DNA from: Candidatus Hydrothermia bacterium
Lineage (GTDB): Bacteria > Hydrothermota > Hydrothermia > UBA1063
DNA: 64,000 nucleotides
Reading direction: 5' to 3'
Assembly: GCA_049719805.1 (NCBI GenBank)
Contig: JBNARF010000002.1
Location: 423,926 to 487,925 of the forward strand
Below are positions 49,687-60,120 of the stretch, in pieces. Numbering within the stretch: the first letter of the stretch is position 1; every line of letters begins with the position of its first letter. Below the pieces are notes generated by a model that did no database searches, was not told where the DNA came from, and worked only from the letters and a program-made list of their open reading frames with translations. The translations under genes were made by a program, and so were the position numbers.

Positions 49687-50680
49687 TAGGACCTACTCCC
49701 TTTGCCTGTCCAGCTTCGATCCAGAGGATTTCATTACTATCTGGTAGGATTTGTATAACATAGTTTTGGTCGTTACTACTGAATATGGATGCCCAAATGT
49801 TACCATTATCCAGAATAATCCTGCTGGCGCCAAAAATAACTATCACCGTATCCATACAATTCCCATCAGATGTAGCAAATACACCTCTTGAGAAATCTGT
49901 GAAGAAATACTTTCCCTGGTAATAGACAAAATCCTGGGGGTTAAAGCTTATTCTAACAGAGTCCACTAAAAGTTTTTCTGCCGGATCGTAGACATAAAAG
50001 CTTCCATTCTCTGAAATGTAATCACCTGTGCACATTATGTATACTTTCCCACTATATATTTTAACCATCTGTGGGTTTTTCCCAACTTTTACAGAATCTA
50101 TTCTATAGGGTTGGCTTCGAGTGTCTATCGTATACAGATACCCGTCTCCGTATGAAAAATCCTGTGTATTAAAACCGGAGCAAGCTACATAAATTGTTCC
50201 ATCGTAATAGACAATACCTTCAGGCCATCTTCCGACCCTGAAGCTGTCCTGCGGAATAAAGTTTTTATCCAGAACCAGCACCTGGTCTTTAGCCGCAAGG
50301 GTGATGTAAAATTTATCCCCCGATGTAGTAATGGCATATGGGTTCGAACCCAGGGGAAGTGGAGCTCTTTTGATGAGTTTCATTTCTTTAAGGTCAATAA
50401 CATCAAGGGCAGCTACACCTTGAAAACCAGAATTTACCACAAGTCCCAAATCCCCCAAAATGAGTAAATCATTTGGAGTTTTCCCTGTTTGCAGCACATC
50501 TTCTTTTAAAGTGTCGCGCTCAAGGTCGTAAATGGAGATGGTTTCTGAGAGGGTATTTACAATAAGTAAATAATTCTCAGGGGTGATTTCTTCTAACACT
50601 TCCCTGTTGCAGCTACCGAATATCAAGAGGGGAAGCAATCCCAGTATTATAGCATATTTTTTGTAGGACTTATGTTTCAT
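49661..50680 (-). CDS. surface lipoprotein, beta-propeller (BtuG-like candidate)
   Basis: Lipobox FGSC and YVTN-type propeller repeats. It lies directly downstream of the BtuB-like receptor. Confidence 0.5.
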   Translation of the reverse strand: MKHKSYKKYAIILGLLPLLIFGSCNREVLEEITPENYLLIVNTLSETISIYDLERDTLKEDVLQTGKTPNDLLILGDLGLVVNSGFQGVAALDVIDLKEMKLIKRAPLPLGSNPYAITTSGDKFYITLAAKDQVLVLDKNFIPQDSFRVGRWPEGIVYYDGTIYVACSGFNTQDFSYGDGYLYTIDTRSQPYRIDSVKVGKNPQMVKIYSGKVYIMCTGDYISENGSFYVYDPAEKLLVDSVRISFNPQDFVYYQGKYFFTDFSRGVFATSDGNCMDTVIVIFGASRIILDNGNIWASIFSSNDQNYVIQILPDSNEILWIEAGQAKGVGPIGIYRKYN

Positions 50681-50684
50681 ATAA

Positions 50685-52349
50685 TTACCTCCTTATTTCC
50701 ATCTCTAAATAAAAACTCCTCCCGGGTTGGGGATACCCGGGTATTAAAGAGTAATTGACATCTAATAAGTTTTCAGCTCCCCCAGAAATCTCAATTTCTA
50801 GGTTCTTCAGCTCGAATTTTTTCACTACCGAAGTACTCAAGAGATATATAGGTGGCATCATTTTGGTACTATTAGGCCTCTCTGGCCTTTTTCCAATGTA
50901 AGTAAAACTGAAAGATGTGAAGAAAACTTTGATCAGAGCATTCAGGGAAATTTCCGGCCGGTAAAGATATGGCATATCAGATAGGTAAGATTTCTGAACA
51001 TTTATGTTTAAATCTGTGGAGATGGAACCGCGTGAATGAAAAAGGCTAAAGTTTACCCCATAGTGGCGAACCACAGAGTAGTTTACTGGAGTGTACTTAT
51101 CTTCTTGAATCCATACTATCGCATTGGAAATATATTTAAAAAAAGTTGTTCCTGATAAAAGTGTATTTCCTGTGGCTATTCTGAAGCCCAGGTCTACATT
51201 GGTACCCTTTTCCGGGTAAAGTTTCGTGTTACCCCTGGCGAAAGGGTCTTCAGGCCAGTAAAGCTCGTTAAAAGTCGGCTCCCTGTAAGTTCTAGAGTAT
51301 GACGTAAACACAAAAAAAGTCCTATTTATGTTTTTTGATAGGGCGATGCTATAGAGGGGGATAAGTTGAGTTTGATTTTTAGTCAGGATAAAAATGAAAG
51401 ATGGGTGTACTGTAAGTAAAGAGGTATATATTTCTAAATTTTTAGCCCCAATAGTAAGTTTTTGCCTACTTTTTGACCCAATTTTTGTTGATTTAGCAAA
51501 ATCCAGCGAATAACTTCCTTGAAAAAATTTCCATCTAAAGTTCATCAGAACATTCGCCACAAAATGAGTATCTATCTGTGAAGGAGATGTATATACCTGG
51601 TAAAAGGCACTTTGATTGAGACTTACACCAATTCCATGAGGGAGGGGAAAACTAATTTTTGTGCCTTCCAATATTTCGCTTCTATGTCCATGGTAAATCC
51701 CACCAAGAGGTGAGGGTGCTCCCGCATCTCTCCGCACCAGGATTAAGGAATTCTTACCTTCGGTATCCTCCATAAGGAATCCCAGTTTTTTGTAGCCAGT
51801 ATTGTTAACAAAAAAAGACAAGTTATCTATATTAACCTTGTAGGAGTCAACGAAGGTTTCGTATGAAAATCCTATTCGGATTTTTGGGTTGATTTTAAAA
51901 GTACTATTGATATTCTTCTCGTAATTAGAAATTTTTAGTTTAAGAGGTGTGTTATCAGGAACAAGGTTTAAGGTTCCTCCAATACCAGGAAAAGAAAGAA
52001 GGGGTGAAGAACTGTTTAGTACTTCCACGTATTTTACTGATGAAAGAGGTAATAAAGATGGGTCAGTATATCCGAGCATTGCATTAGGCAGGTAAATGCC
52101 TGCAAAAAGGATGGAGTTTTGCTCCGGAGCTGTTCCGCCAATGGACATCGAGGAATAATTTATTCCTCTGAAAATTAGCGCGTTTGAGAATAAAAAATCA
52201 TTAGAACTTTGAAGCGTAGAGACGGAGTAAAAATAAGGTGCGATAAAGACGGTTCCAGCAGTGTGGGATTCGGTTACCACTATTGTATCTTGCAGAATAA
52301 ATAAGGGTAATGATTGTAGAAAGTTGATAAATATTAAGGCTTTTAACAC
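50685..52349 (-). CDS. TonB-dependent outer-membrane receptor (BtuB-like), GTG start
   Basis: TonB box DTIVVTES and a beta-barrel C-terminus. A strong SD (AAGGAGGT) precedes the GTG start, and a cobalamin riboswitch lies upstream. Confidence 0.7.
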   Translation of the reverse strand: MLKALIFINFLQSLPLFILQDTIVVTESHTAGTVFIAPYFYSVSTLQSSNDFLFSNALIFRGINYSSMSIGGTAPEQNSILFAGIYLPNAMLGYTDPSLLPLSSVKYVEVLNSSSPLLSFPGIGGTLNLVPDNTPLKLKISNYEKNINSTFKINPKIRIGFSYETFVDSYKVNIDNLSFFVNNTGYKKLGFLMEDTEGKNSLILVRRDAGAPSPLGGIYHGHRSEILEGTKISFPLPHGIGVSLNQSAFYQVYTSPSQIDTHFVANVLMNFRWKFFQGSYSLDFAKSTKIGSKSRQKLTIGAKNLEIYTSLLTVHPSFIFILTKNQTQLIPLYSIALSKNINRTFFVFTSYSRTYREPTFNELYWPEDPFARGNTKLYPEKGTNVDLGFRIATGNTLLSGTTFFKYISNAIVWIQEDKYTPVNYSVVRHYGVNFSLFHSRGSISTDLNINVQKSYLSDMPYLYRPEISLNALIKVFFTSFSFTYIGKRPERPNSTKMMPPIYLLSTSVVKKFELKNLEIEISGGAENLLDVNYSLIPGYPQPGRSFYLEMEIRR

Positions 52350-52384
52350 GTTACCTCCTTTGCCCCAGCACCCCGGGGGCAGGG

Positions 52385-52555
52385 TTTACCTGTTCAGGTT
52401 CGGGTCTCCCGGCTCGTGGCACCCTTTCCCCTTCCCAAGGGCGGAGCTTGCACCCCGTCCCTCAGTGGGTTTTTGAAAGGGCCTTTTAGCCACTCACGGT
52501 TGCGGGGGCAGCGCGGGATTTTCACCCGACTTCCCCTCACCTGAACCATTCACAA
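52385..52555 (-). promoter_or_regulatory. cobalamin (AdoCbl) riboswitch
   Basis: The minus-strand RNA has the core GGGUGAAAAUCCCGCGCUGCCCCCGCAACCGUGA, a B12-box-like CCCACUG, the 3' block GCCGGGAGACCCG and P1 pairing GGUUCAGG/CCUGAACC. Confidence 0.85.
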
Positions 52556-52641
52556 AGAGCTTTATCAAAATATAACGTTTTTTATTCAATCGTTCAAACG
52601 CGCTTCTAATTTTGTTCTAATTTAGTTGTTTTAAGGCAATA

Positions 52642-53694
52642 CTAAATTTTTTGTAATGCCTTCCAGTAGTTCTCCCACAGGACCCTGACGGGTACTCTTC
52701 TTTTCCTGTAGTAAGGAGATTTTTTGAGCAATAAAAACCTGATAGTTGGTCTGAAAAGTTTTATAAAGAAGATTTTCAAGCCCAGAGCGCTTCTTATGTC
52801 CTTAACATAATCGTCGATGGTTCTTGTCTGGTAATTCAGTAATTCTTGACTTTCTGACGTATCCATCCAGTCCGTTGCGAAGGGATTATCTGAAAAAGCC
52901 TCTCTGGGAAGCATACCGATGCCTATCCCTTCCAGTACTTTTTCAACGATTTCGCCATAGTAGTAACGGCATCTTTCGCCCCCACCAATTAATAAGATTT
53001 TCCCCCAGATCTTATCGCTTCTAACTCCGTGAGCTATGGCAAGTCCAACATCTTTTGTATGTACATATTCCATCCTATTTTTTAGAGATATTTCAAAGAG
53101 TGTCCCATCAATTTTCAAATTTATTGGCATAGAGGCGGCGAGTCTGAAAATGGACCACTCGAGATTTGACTTTTTGATAATCTCTTCGCATTCCACTTTA
53201 TGCCTGGAATAATGCTCAGGAGGGTTTACGGGGTCCGTCACTTTGCGAGGTGGTGCCATATTTTGAGTTATACCAAATACATGAACAGAAGAGGTAAAGA
53301 TAAGCTTTCTGGGCTTTTCCACCTTTTCCATTGCCTCTACAAGGTTTTTTGTACCGAGGACATTTACCCTATAGGCTATCTCTGGCACCTTCTCAGATTC
53401 CAGCCCGGTTGCGGAAAGTTTGGGAATTATGAAGGCTAAGTGCACAACCACATCCTGGCCCTCTATAGCTTTTGAGACATCTTCGGGGTTTACCATGTTA
53501 CCCCAAAAAACTTCGATATATTCACCGTAGCGTTTTTTTAGTTTTTTAAATAATTTAAAGTTCTTTTTGGTCCTCATGTCAAAACAACGTACGATGTCAC
53601 CCTGAGAAATTAGCGCCTCGATGGCACTTTGCCCTATGTTCCCAAAGGCGCCTGTCAAAAGTACTTTCATTATCTCACCTCCTTCTAAGGGCAT
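52642..53694 (-). CDS. NAD-dependent epimerase/dehydratase (SDR family)
   Basis: Rossmann motif LLTGAFGNIGQ. Confidence 0.75.
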   Translation of the reverse strand: MPLEGGEIMKVLLTGAFGNIGQSAIEALISQGDIVRCFDMRTKKNFKLFKKLKKRYGEYIEVFWGNMVNPEDVSKAIEGQDVVVHLAFIIPKLSATGLESEKVPEIAYRVNVLGTKNLVEAMEKVEKPRKLIFTSSVHVFGITQNMAPPRKVTDPVNPPEHYSRHKVECEEIIKKSNLEWSIFRLAASMPINLKIDGTLFEISLKNRMEYVHTKDVGLAIAHGVRSDKIWGKILLIGGGERCRYYYGEIVEKVLEGIGIGMLPREAFSDNPFATDWMDTSESQELLNYQTRTIDDYVKDIRSALGLKIFFIKLFRPTIRFLLLKKSPYYRKRRVPVRVLWENYWKALQKI

Positions 53695-54253
53695 TTAAAA
53701 TGAGTTCAATTCCTCTTCTACCAATGTATTCCCAATTTTTCTCGGGCTCAAAAATTTCCTGCTCAATAATGCCTATGGCATATGCGATTATAGTCCGGGC
53801 TGCAATTTCAGGTTCGATGTCTTTAAAAGTACCATTTTTAATCCCCTCATCTATTAACTCTGAGAAATAGTTTGTATAATTTTGAAAATAGTTTGCCAGC
53901 TCTTTTAGAACTCTTTCATCTCTTATGGCGATGCGTAAAAATTCCATAAAAAGTAGGAATTTCTGGCGTGATTCCCTGAAGATGTCTTTGAAAAGTTCTG
54001 ACATCCTGAGAACAGAATTCGCTACATCGGACTCCTGATTGACATATTCCTGGATCCTCTCGTTAAGTTCAGTCAGCCAGCGGTTTAAAAGTTCGAGGAA
54101 AAAAGATTCCTTTGAGTCAAAATAGTGGAAAAATGCGCCCTTACTTACGCCTGCCTCTTCGCAAATTTCTGCCACACTGGTGGCATCATACCCCTTGTTT
54201 GAAAATAACCTTTCTCCTGCTTTTAAGATTTTTTCTTTAGTGTTCTGCTCCAT
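53675..54253 (-). CDS. TetR-family transcriptional regulator
   Basis: N-terminal HTH ILKAGERLFSNKGYDATSVAEICEEAGVSKGAFFHYF. Confidence 0.85.
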   Translation of the reverse strand: MEQNTKEKILKAGERLFSNKGYDATSVAEICEEAGVSKGAFFHYFDSKESFFLELLNRWLTELNERIQEYVNQESDVANSVLRMSELFKDIFRESRQKFLLFMEFLRIAIRDERVLKELANYFQNYTNYFSELIDEGIKNGTFKDIEPEIAARTIIAYAIGIIEQEIFEPEKNWEYIGRRGIELILNALRRR

Positions 54254-54262
54254 CTCTCCTCC

Positions 54263-54280
54263 ATACCGACTGGTCGGTAT
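54263..54280. promoter_or_regulatory. 18-bp palindromic operator ATACCGAC-TG-GTCGGTAT, 10 bp upstream of the TetR start
   Basis: Perfect 8-bp inverted arms. Confidence 0.6.
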
Positions 54281-54468
54281 AAAGTATGGTGTATGGGAGG
54301 TGAAAAGTCAAGAATCGGTTTTACTGTGAATTTTCAATGCTATTTAAATGATATCCACTAACTCAGGATTCAAAGCATAATAAAGTACTTAAATATTTTC
54401 GAAAATTGAGTTTAACCAGGCGAACATCACTATGTGGGAAATTTTATGTAATGGGCTTTTTATTTAAG

Positions 54469-54945
54469 CTAATATGGGATTTTGTCTTCCTTTTTAATCC
54501 AGGCTCTAAAAACTTCTTTTGCCCCTTCTCTCAGAATGTTTTCCATGGGTATTTCCCTTTGGGTTACAGGCTTACATACTTCTTCGTAGAATTTCGAATC
54601 ATCAAAGCCCGCTTCTTTTGCGTCTTCACGGGTTCCAGCGTAATAGATTTTTTCTATTCTTGCCCAGTAAATGGCACCAAGACACATGGGGCACGGTTCG
54701 CAGGAGGTGTAAATTTCGCACCCATGAAGATGAAAAGTGCCCAAATTTTTGCAGGCATCTCTAATAGCCACTATTTCTGCGTGTGCCGTTGGATCATTGG
54801 TGGAAGTAACGAGGTTTGTCCCTTTTCCTACGATTTTCCCGTCTTTTACCACAATGGCAGCAAAAGGACCTCCTTTACCATTTTCTATGTTTTTCCGGGC
54901 CATTTCGATAACGAGCTTCATGTATTCTATCTTTTTATCACTCAT
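54469..54945 (-). CDS. tadA: tRNA-specific adenosine deaminase / CDA-fold deaminase
   Basis: HAE...PCPMC zinc-binding motifs. Confidence 0.75.
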   Translation of the reverse strand: MSDKKIEYMKLVIEMARKNIENGKGGPFAAIVVKDGKIVGKGTNLVTSTNDPTAHAEIVAIRDACKNLGTFHLHGCEIYTSCEPCPMCLGAIYWARIEKIYYAGTREDAKEAGFDDSKFYEEVCKPVTQREIPMENILREGAKEVFRAWIKKEDKIPY

Positions 54946-54981
54946 ATGGAACCTCCGACAGGCAATAAATGATAAAGCCTT

Positions 54982-55698
54982 TTGAATGCACGAAGAGTTT
55001 TTTTTATACTTTTACCTATGAGATCAAATTTGAAAATCGCCATTGATGGTCCTGCTGGTGCTGGTAAAACTACCACTGCAAAGTTAGTAGCTAAGGCTCT
55101 CGGACTTGTCCCTGTGGATACCGGGGCCATGTACAGAGCCGTGGCCCTTAAAGTTCTAAGGGAAGGTAAGGACCCTAATAATCCTGAAGACGTTAAATCT
55201 GTCTTATCAGGAATTGAAATAAAGCAGGAATTCAAGGATGACGAAGTTTTGACATTTTTGAATGGAGAGGATGTGTCGAAACAAATCAGAACACCTGAGG
55301 TGGATCGCATTGTTTCAACAATTTCTTCTTACTCTTTTGTCCGTGAAAAACTTGTGGAAATCCAGAGGGAGATGGCAAAAAGGGGTGGAGTAGTAATTGA
55401 AGGAAGGGACATCGGAACAGTGGTTTTGCCAGATGCGGATCTGAAGGTTTTTATGCTGGCTTCGGCTGAGGAAAGAGCAAAACGACGGCTTGCAGAACTT
55501 GAGTCAAGGGGTATTAAAGCAGATTTTTATGAAATTCTCGAAGAAATTAGAAAAAGGGATGAGATGGATTCCAGAAGAAGTCACTCTCCTTTGAAAATTC
55601 CAGAAGGTGCCTTTATATTAGATACCACAAATTTATCTCTTGAAGAACAAGTGGATTTAATTCTCAGGGAGGTAAGGAGGCGTTTTGCCTGCGGGTAA
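54982..55698 (+). CDS. cmk: cytidylate kinase (probable true start MRSNLKIAIDG)
   Basis: IAIDGPAGAGKTT. Confidence 0.9.
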   Translation: MNARRVFFILLPMRSNLKIAIDGPAGAGKTTTAKLVAKALGLVPVDTGAMYRAVALKVLREGKDPNNPEDVKSVLSGIEIKQEFKDDEVLTFLNGEDVSKQIRTPEVDRIVSTISSYSFVREKLVEIQREMAKRGGVVIEGRDIGTVVLPDADLKVFMLASAEERAKRRLAELESRGIKADFYEILEEIRKRDEMDSRRSHSPLKIPEGAFILDTTNLSLEEQVDLILREVRRRFACG

Positions 55699-56307
55699 AT
55701 GAGTTTAAAGTGGATAATAGCCAAGATTCTGCTTTTCTTTCCTTTTAGAGTTCTCTTCAGGCTTAAGGTAGTTAACAATAAATATGTTCCAGAGAGAGGT
55801 CCTTGCATTATCTGCGTTAATCACACTTCTTTCTGGGATCCCCCTTTCGTCGGGATGGCCTCACCGAGGGAACTTCACTTTCTCGCTAAAAAAGAACTTT
55901 TTGAGAACGTTAAAATTTTTGGATTGTTGATATCTTTTTATAATGCTGTGCCCATTGATAGGGAAAATTCCGTTTCTGGAATGAAGAAGGCAATAAAGCT
56001 GCTAAAAGATGGTAAGGCTGTGGTAATATTCCCGGAAGGGACAAGAAACAGGACTGGGAATAAACTTCTTTTGCCTCTCAAGGAAGGTGCTTCTTTACTC
56101 TCTTTAAAGCTCAAAGTTCCTGTAGTACCAGCCTTTCTTTTTGAAAGCAAGGGAAGTTTCTGGGACTGGATCTTTGGAAAAAGACAATTGAAGATTCGTT
56201 TTGGGAAACCCATCTTTCCAGAAAAGTTTGAAAAATTTAAAGATTCGGTAACAAGACTTACCAGGGAAATAGAATGTTCCATGAGGGAACTTTATGCCAG
56301 AGGTTAA
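55699..56307 (+). CDS. plsC: 1-acyl-sn-glycerol-3-phosphate acyltransferase
   Basis: NHTSFWD (HX4D) and FPEGTR motifs. Confidence 0.8.
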   Translation: MSLKWIIAKILLFFPFRVLFRLKVVNNKYVPERGPCIICVNHTSFWDPPFVGMASPRELHFLAKKELFENVKIFGLLISFYNAVPIDRENSVSGMKKAIKLLKDGKAVVIFPEGTRNRTGNKLLLPLKEGASLLSLKLKVPVVPAFLFESKGSFWDWIFGKRQLKIRFGKPIFPEKFEKFKDSVTRLTREIECSMRELYARG

Positions 56308-57145
56308 ACTGACGCCAGAGTATGGTTTTTGTTTTGGGGTTAAAAGAGCACTGGAGATAGCAAGAAAGAAGCTCGAGCAGGGTGAGGAGTTTGACAGTTT
56401 AGGCCCTATCATCCACAATGAGTTTGTAGTTAATGAATTGAAAGAGAAAGGTGTAAATGTAGTGAATTCCCTGGAGGAGAGTATTAAGAAAAGCGTCTTA
56501 ATAAGGACCCATGGGGTGCCTCCCGAGATTTATAAGAAAGCTCAGGAAATGGGAAAAAATATTATAGATTGTACGTGCCCTTTTGTGGCAAATGCCCAGA
56601 AGTGGGCGAGGAAGTTTTACGAAGAAGGTTATATTGTAATAGTAGTTGGTAAAAAGGATCACCCCGAAGTGAAAGGAATTATTGGTCACACTGATAATAA
56701 AGCCTTTGTCGCTGCCTCGAAGGAGGAACTGGACATAAACGTTGTCAGGGGTAAAAAGGTAGGGATAGTAGCGCAAACGACCTCCAGGCTTGATATGGTG
56801 CAGGATATAATTAATGCTATTCTTGAAGATGCCAGCGAGATTCGGTACGCTAATACAAGGTGTAACACGACTCAAAGGAGGCAGGAGCAGGTGGAGAGGC
56901 TATCGAAAGAGGTTGACGTTATGGTGATAGTTGGAGGGAAGGAGAGCTCCAATACCCGAAGGCTGTTTGAAATTGCCTCAAAAAACTCCAAAAGGGCTTA
57001 CTTAGTTGAATCTCCGGATGAACTATCACCTGATTGGTTTTATAATGTTAATACTGTAGGAGTGTCGGGAGGGGCATCGACTCCCCCTGAAATGGTTGAG
57101 AAAGTATACGAGGTGATTTTGTCTTATTTTAAAAAATCTGATTAA
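56294..57145 (+). CDS. ispH: 4-hydroxy-3-methylbut-2-enyl diphosphate reductase
   Basis: Conserved Cys motifs GFCFGV, CTCPFV and TRCNTT. Confidence 0.9.
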   Translation: MPEVKLTPEYGFCFGVKRALEIARKKLEQGEEFDSLGPIIHNEFVVNELKEKGVNVVNSLEESIKKSVLIRTHGVPPEIYKKAQEMGKNIIDCTCPFVANAQKWARKFYEEGYIVIVVGKKDHPEVKGIIGHTDNKAFVAASKEELDINVVRGKKVGIVAQTTSRLDMVQDIINAILEDASEIRYANTRCNTTQRRQEQVERLSKEVDVMVIVGGKESSNTRRLFEIASKNSKRAYLVESPDELSPDWFYNVNTVGVSGGASTPPEMVEKVYEVILSYFKKSD

Positions 57146-57157
57146 TGGGAGGAGTGT

Positions 57158-58885
57158 ATGGCAGAAGAAAGGTTGATGAAGGATGCGGAATTTGAAGAAC
57201 TGCTCCAAAAAAGTATATCCGTGCCAAAGGAAGGAGACGTGGTAAAGGGGGTTATTGTAAAGGTAACCCCACAGGAAGTTTTTATTGACATAGGTACAAA
57301 GTCTGAAGGAGTATGTCCCAGGGTTGAGTTTAAAGACCCTGACATTAAACCCGGTGACGAGGTTTACGTCTATGTGGACGCCATCGATGGGAAAGATGGC
57401 AGAACTGTGGTTTCGAAACATAAAGCTGACTTTCTGATGGTGTGGGATAGAATCAACGAAGCCTTCAAGAATGAAGAGATTATTGATGCTAAAGTTGTGA
57501 GACAGACCAAAGGTGGTTTGATGGTGGAAGTATTCGGGGTGGATGCTTTCCTTCCGGGTTCACAGATTGATGTTAAAAAGGTAAAGAGCATCGGTGCATT
57601 TGTGGGTAAGACCATTAAGGTAAAGATCATCAAGCTTAATCGTCAGCGCAAGAACATTGTTGTTTCAAGAAAAGAAGTAATTGAAGCTGAGCTTGAGGCT
57701 CAAAGAATGAAGCTTTTGTCCATGAAAGTGGGCGATGTGGTGGAAGGCGTAGTAAAAAATGTCACCGATTTTGGTGTTTTTGTTGATGTTGGTGGAGTGG
57801 ATGGGTTGATTCACATCTCGGACCTTTCATGGACTAAAGTTGACGATCCATCATCGATTTTGAAACCCGGTGACCAGGTAAAGGTAAAAGTTCTGGACAT
57901 AGACCCGGAAAATAACAGACTCTCCCTTGGCTATAAACAGCTACAGCCTCATCCCTTTGAACAAGTAGCTAAAAAGTATCCCATTGGTTCTCTTCATAAG
58001 GGAACGGTGAAGAAAATTCTTGATTTCGGGGTTATCGTGGAATTAGAACCTGGAGTGGAGGGGCTTGTTCATATTACGGAAATGAGATGGGGAAAACCGC
58101 CGGTACATCCCTCAGAGATGGTAAAAGAAGGAGATAGGGTTGATGTAGTGGTACTTAATGTAGACATTGAAAAACAGAGGATTTCCCTGGGGATGAAGCA
58201 AGCAACACCTGACCCATGGTCCCTTATTGATGAGAAGTATGCGGAGGGCACGGTGGTCAGGGGTACAATAAAGGACTTTGACAGTCAGGGCGCTTTCGTG
58301 GAACTCGAGGATGGTATCCAGGGTTATCTTCACGTGGGCGACATTTCCTGGACAAAGAAATACAAGTCACCTGAGGAGGCATTGAAGAGAGGGCAGAAGC
58401 TGCGCTTTAAGGTGCTTTCCACGGATAAGAGAGGAAGAATGGTGATTCTGTCCCTGAAGCATATGCGTCCCAATCCATGGGAGGAGATTGAGAGAACCCT
58501 TCTGCCTGGTACAGAAATAAAGGCTCCCATCACCGAGATCACCGATAGGGGAATTTACGTTGAAATTCAGGGTGCACTTGAGGGGTTTGTGCCTGCCAAT
58601 CAGCTTTACAGGAAGGGAAATCCCGCTGAGCAGTATAAAGTGGGTGAAGAATTAAATCTCAAGGTATTCAGGGTAGAAGCAGCTAAAAAGAGGATCACCT
58701 TATCCGAAAAAGAGTACTACAGAGCACTGGAAAAAATGGAGGCTCAGCAGAAGCAAGCTGCAGAACAGCAGGCGGTGGCAGGTATTAAGTCAGAGCCTGT
58801 GAGGATTAACCTGGGTGAGATTTTGAGACAGGAGCTCCAGAAACTGGAAGAATTGAAAAACATAATGGAAGAACCCGAAGAATAG
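57158..58885 (+). CDS. rpsA: 30S ribosomal protein S1
   Basis: Six S1 repeats, 575 aa. Confidence 0.9.
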   Translation: MAEERLMKDAEFEELLQKSISVPKEGDVVKGVIVKVTPQEVFIDIGTKSEGVCPRVEFKDPDIKPGDEVYVYVDAIDGKDGRTVVSKHKADFLMVWDRINEAFKNEEIIDAKVVRQTKGGLMVEVFGVDAFLPGSQIDVKKVKSIGAFVGKTIKVKIIKLNRQRKNIVVSRKEVIEAELEAQRMKLLSMKVGDVVEGVVKNVTDFGVFVDVGGVDGLIHISDLSWTKVDDPSSILKPGDQVKVKVLDIDPENNRLSLGYKQLQPHPFEQVAKKYPIGSLHKGTVKKILDFGVIVELEPGVEGLVHITEMRWGKPPVHPSEMVKEGDRVDVVVLNVDIEKQRISLGMKQATPDPWSLIDEKYAEGTVVRGTIKDFDSQGAFVELEDGIQGYLHVGDISWTKKYKSPEEALKRGQKLRFKVLSTDKRGRMVILSLKHMRPNPWEEIERTLLPGTEIKAPITEITDRGIYVEIQGALEGFVPANQLYRKGNPAEQYKVGEELNLKVFRVEAAKKRITLSEKEYYRALEKMEAQQKQAAEQQAVAGIKSEPVRINLGEILRQELQKLEELKNIMEEPEE

Positions 58886-58917
58886 TTTATCACAGGTAGT
58901 TTATAGCTTTTTCGGTT

Positions 58918-60120
58918 TTGAGATACTTTATTAAAAGTTACGGTTGTCGTCTAAATCAGTATTACGCTGACTATTTTATAAATGCAGTAATAAGCAGTGG
59001 TGCTCATGTAGCAAAAGACGAAAGCGAAGCCGATGTGGTGGCAATAGCCAGTTGTGTAGTTACACACAAGGCCGAGAGGGATCTAAGACATTATATATCC
59101 CATATTAAAAGAACAAATCCGCAGGCAAAAATTGTAGTTTTTGGTTGTTATCCAAAGTATAAGAATTTAGAGGATGTGTATGCTTCTGGTACCGTAGGTG
59201 AGGTCATTGAAAAGCTGAAACTCCACGATCCGGGATTTCTGATAAGGCCTCTTTTCAGGGTAAGGGTGAACATTAGAATTCAGGAGGGCTGTAATTTCAG
59301 GTGCTCCTATTGTGTGGTTCCTTTTGTGAGAGGACCATCAAGGTCGAGGAGTGAAGATGAGATACTCCATGAGATTAAAAATGTGGTGGAAAATGGTGCT
59401 GTAGAAATCGTTTTAACAGGAATTCAAACAGGAGAGTGGGGCAGGGAATGGGGCAAAAAACTATCGCAGCTCATTAGAAAAATTAAGGACCAGAATCCGG
59501 ATTTGAGAATACGACTTTCGTCCATATCTCCTATACACATCAAAGAGGATATTATAGCTCTCCTCAGGGAAGGTATCATATTGCCTCATCTTCACCTCCC
59601 CCTTCAGCATGGTTCAAGGAAAGTTCTTAAGGACATGAAGCGTCCCTATAAACTCGAGTATTATCTTTCTGTGGTGCATAGACTTTTAGATGAAGTGGAC
59701 AATATCGCCATAGGAACCGACGTAATTGTAGGTTTTCCCACGGAAACCGACGAGGATTTTGAAGAATCCTTTAAGCTCATTAATGCTATTCCTTACGCTT
59801 ATATGCATGTTTTCGAGTTTTCACCACGTAAGGGAACAGAGGCAGCTCTCCTTAAACCTTTGAAGAGTGATGTTGTTAAACAAAGGAAACGCAGACTTTT
59901 AGAACTTGCGAAAGTTAAAAAAGCGGAGTACCTTTCTCGACAGATTGGGAGGATTCTCACTGCAGTTGCAGAAACCGAAGAAAAAGATTATTATTCTCTG
60001 ACTGCTGACAATTACGTAAAGGTTTATGTAAAGAAAAGTTTTAACATGGATATTGGCAAAGTAGTAAAGATAATGATACTGGAAGCCATGGAAGATCATG
60101 TGGTGGGAGAACCTGTATAA
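58918..60120 (+). CDS. radical-SAM methylthiotransferase (MiaB/MtaB-like)
   Basis: MTTase N-terminal domain, CNFRCSYC radical-SAM motif and C-terminal TRAM-like region. Confidence 0.8.
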   Translation: MRYFIKSYGCRLNQYYADYFINAVISSGAHVAKDESEADVVAIASCVVTHKAERDLRHYISHIKRTNPQAKIVVFGCYPKYKNLEDVYASGTVGEVIEKLKLHDPGFLIRPLFRVRVNIRIQEGCNFRCSYCVVPFVRGPSRSRSEDEILHEIKNVVENGAVEIVLTGIQTGEWGREWGKKLSQLIRKIKDQNPDLRIRLSSISPIHIKEDIIALLREGIILPHLHLPLQHGSRKVLKDMKRPYKLEYYLSVVHRLLDEVDNIAIGTDVIVGFPTETDEDFEESFKLINAIPYAYMHVFEFSPRKGTEAALLKPLKSDVVKQRKRRLLELAKVKKAEYLSRQIGRILTAVAETEEKDYYSLTADNYVKVYVKKSFNMDIGKVVKIMILEAMEDHVVGEPV

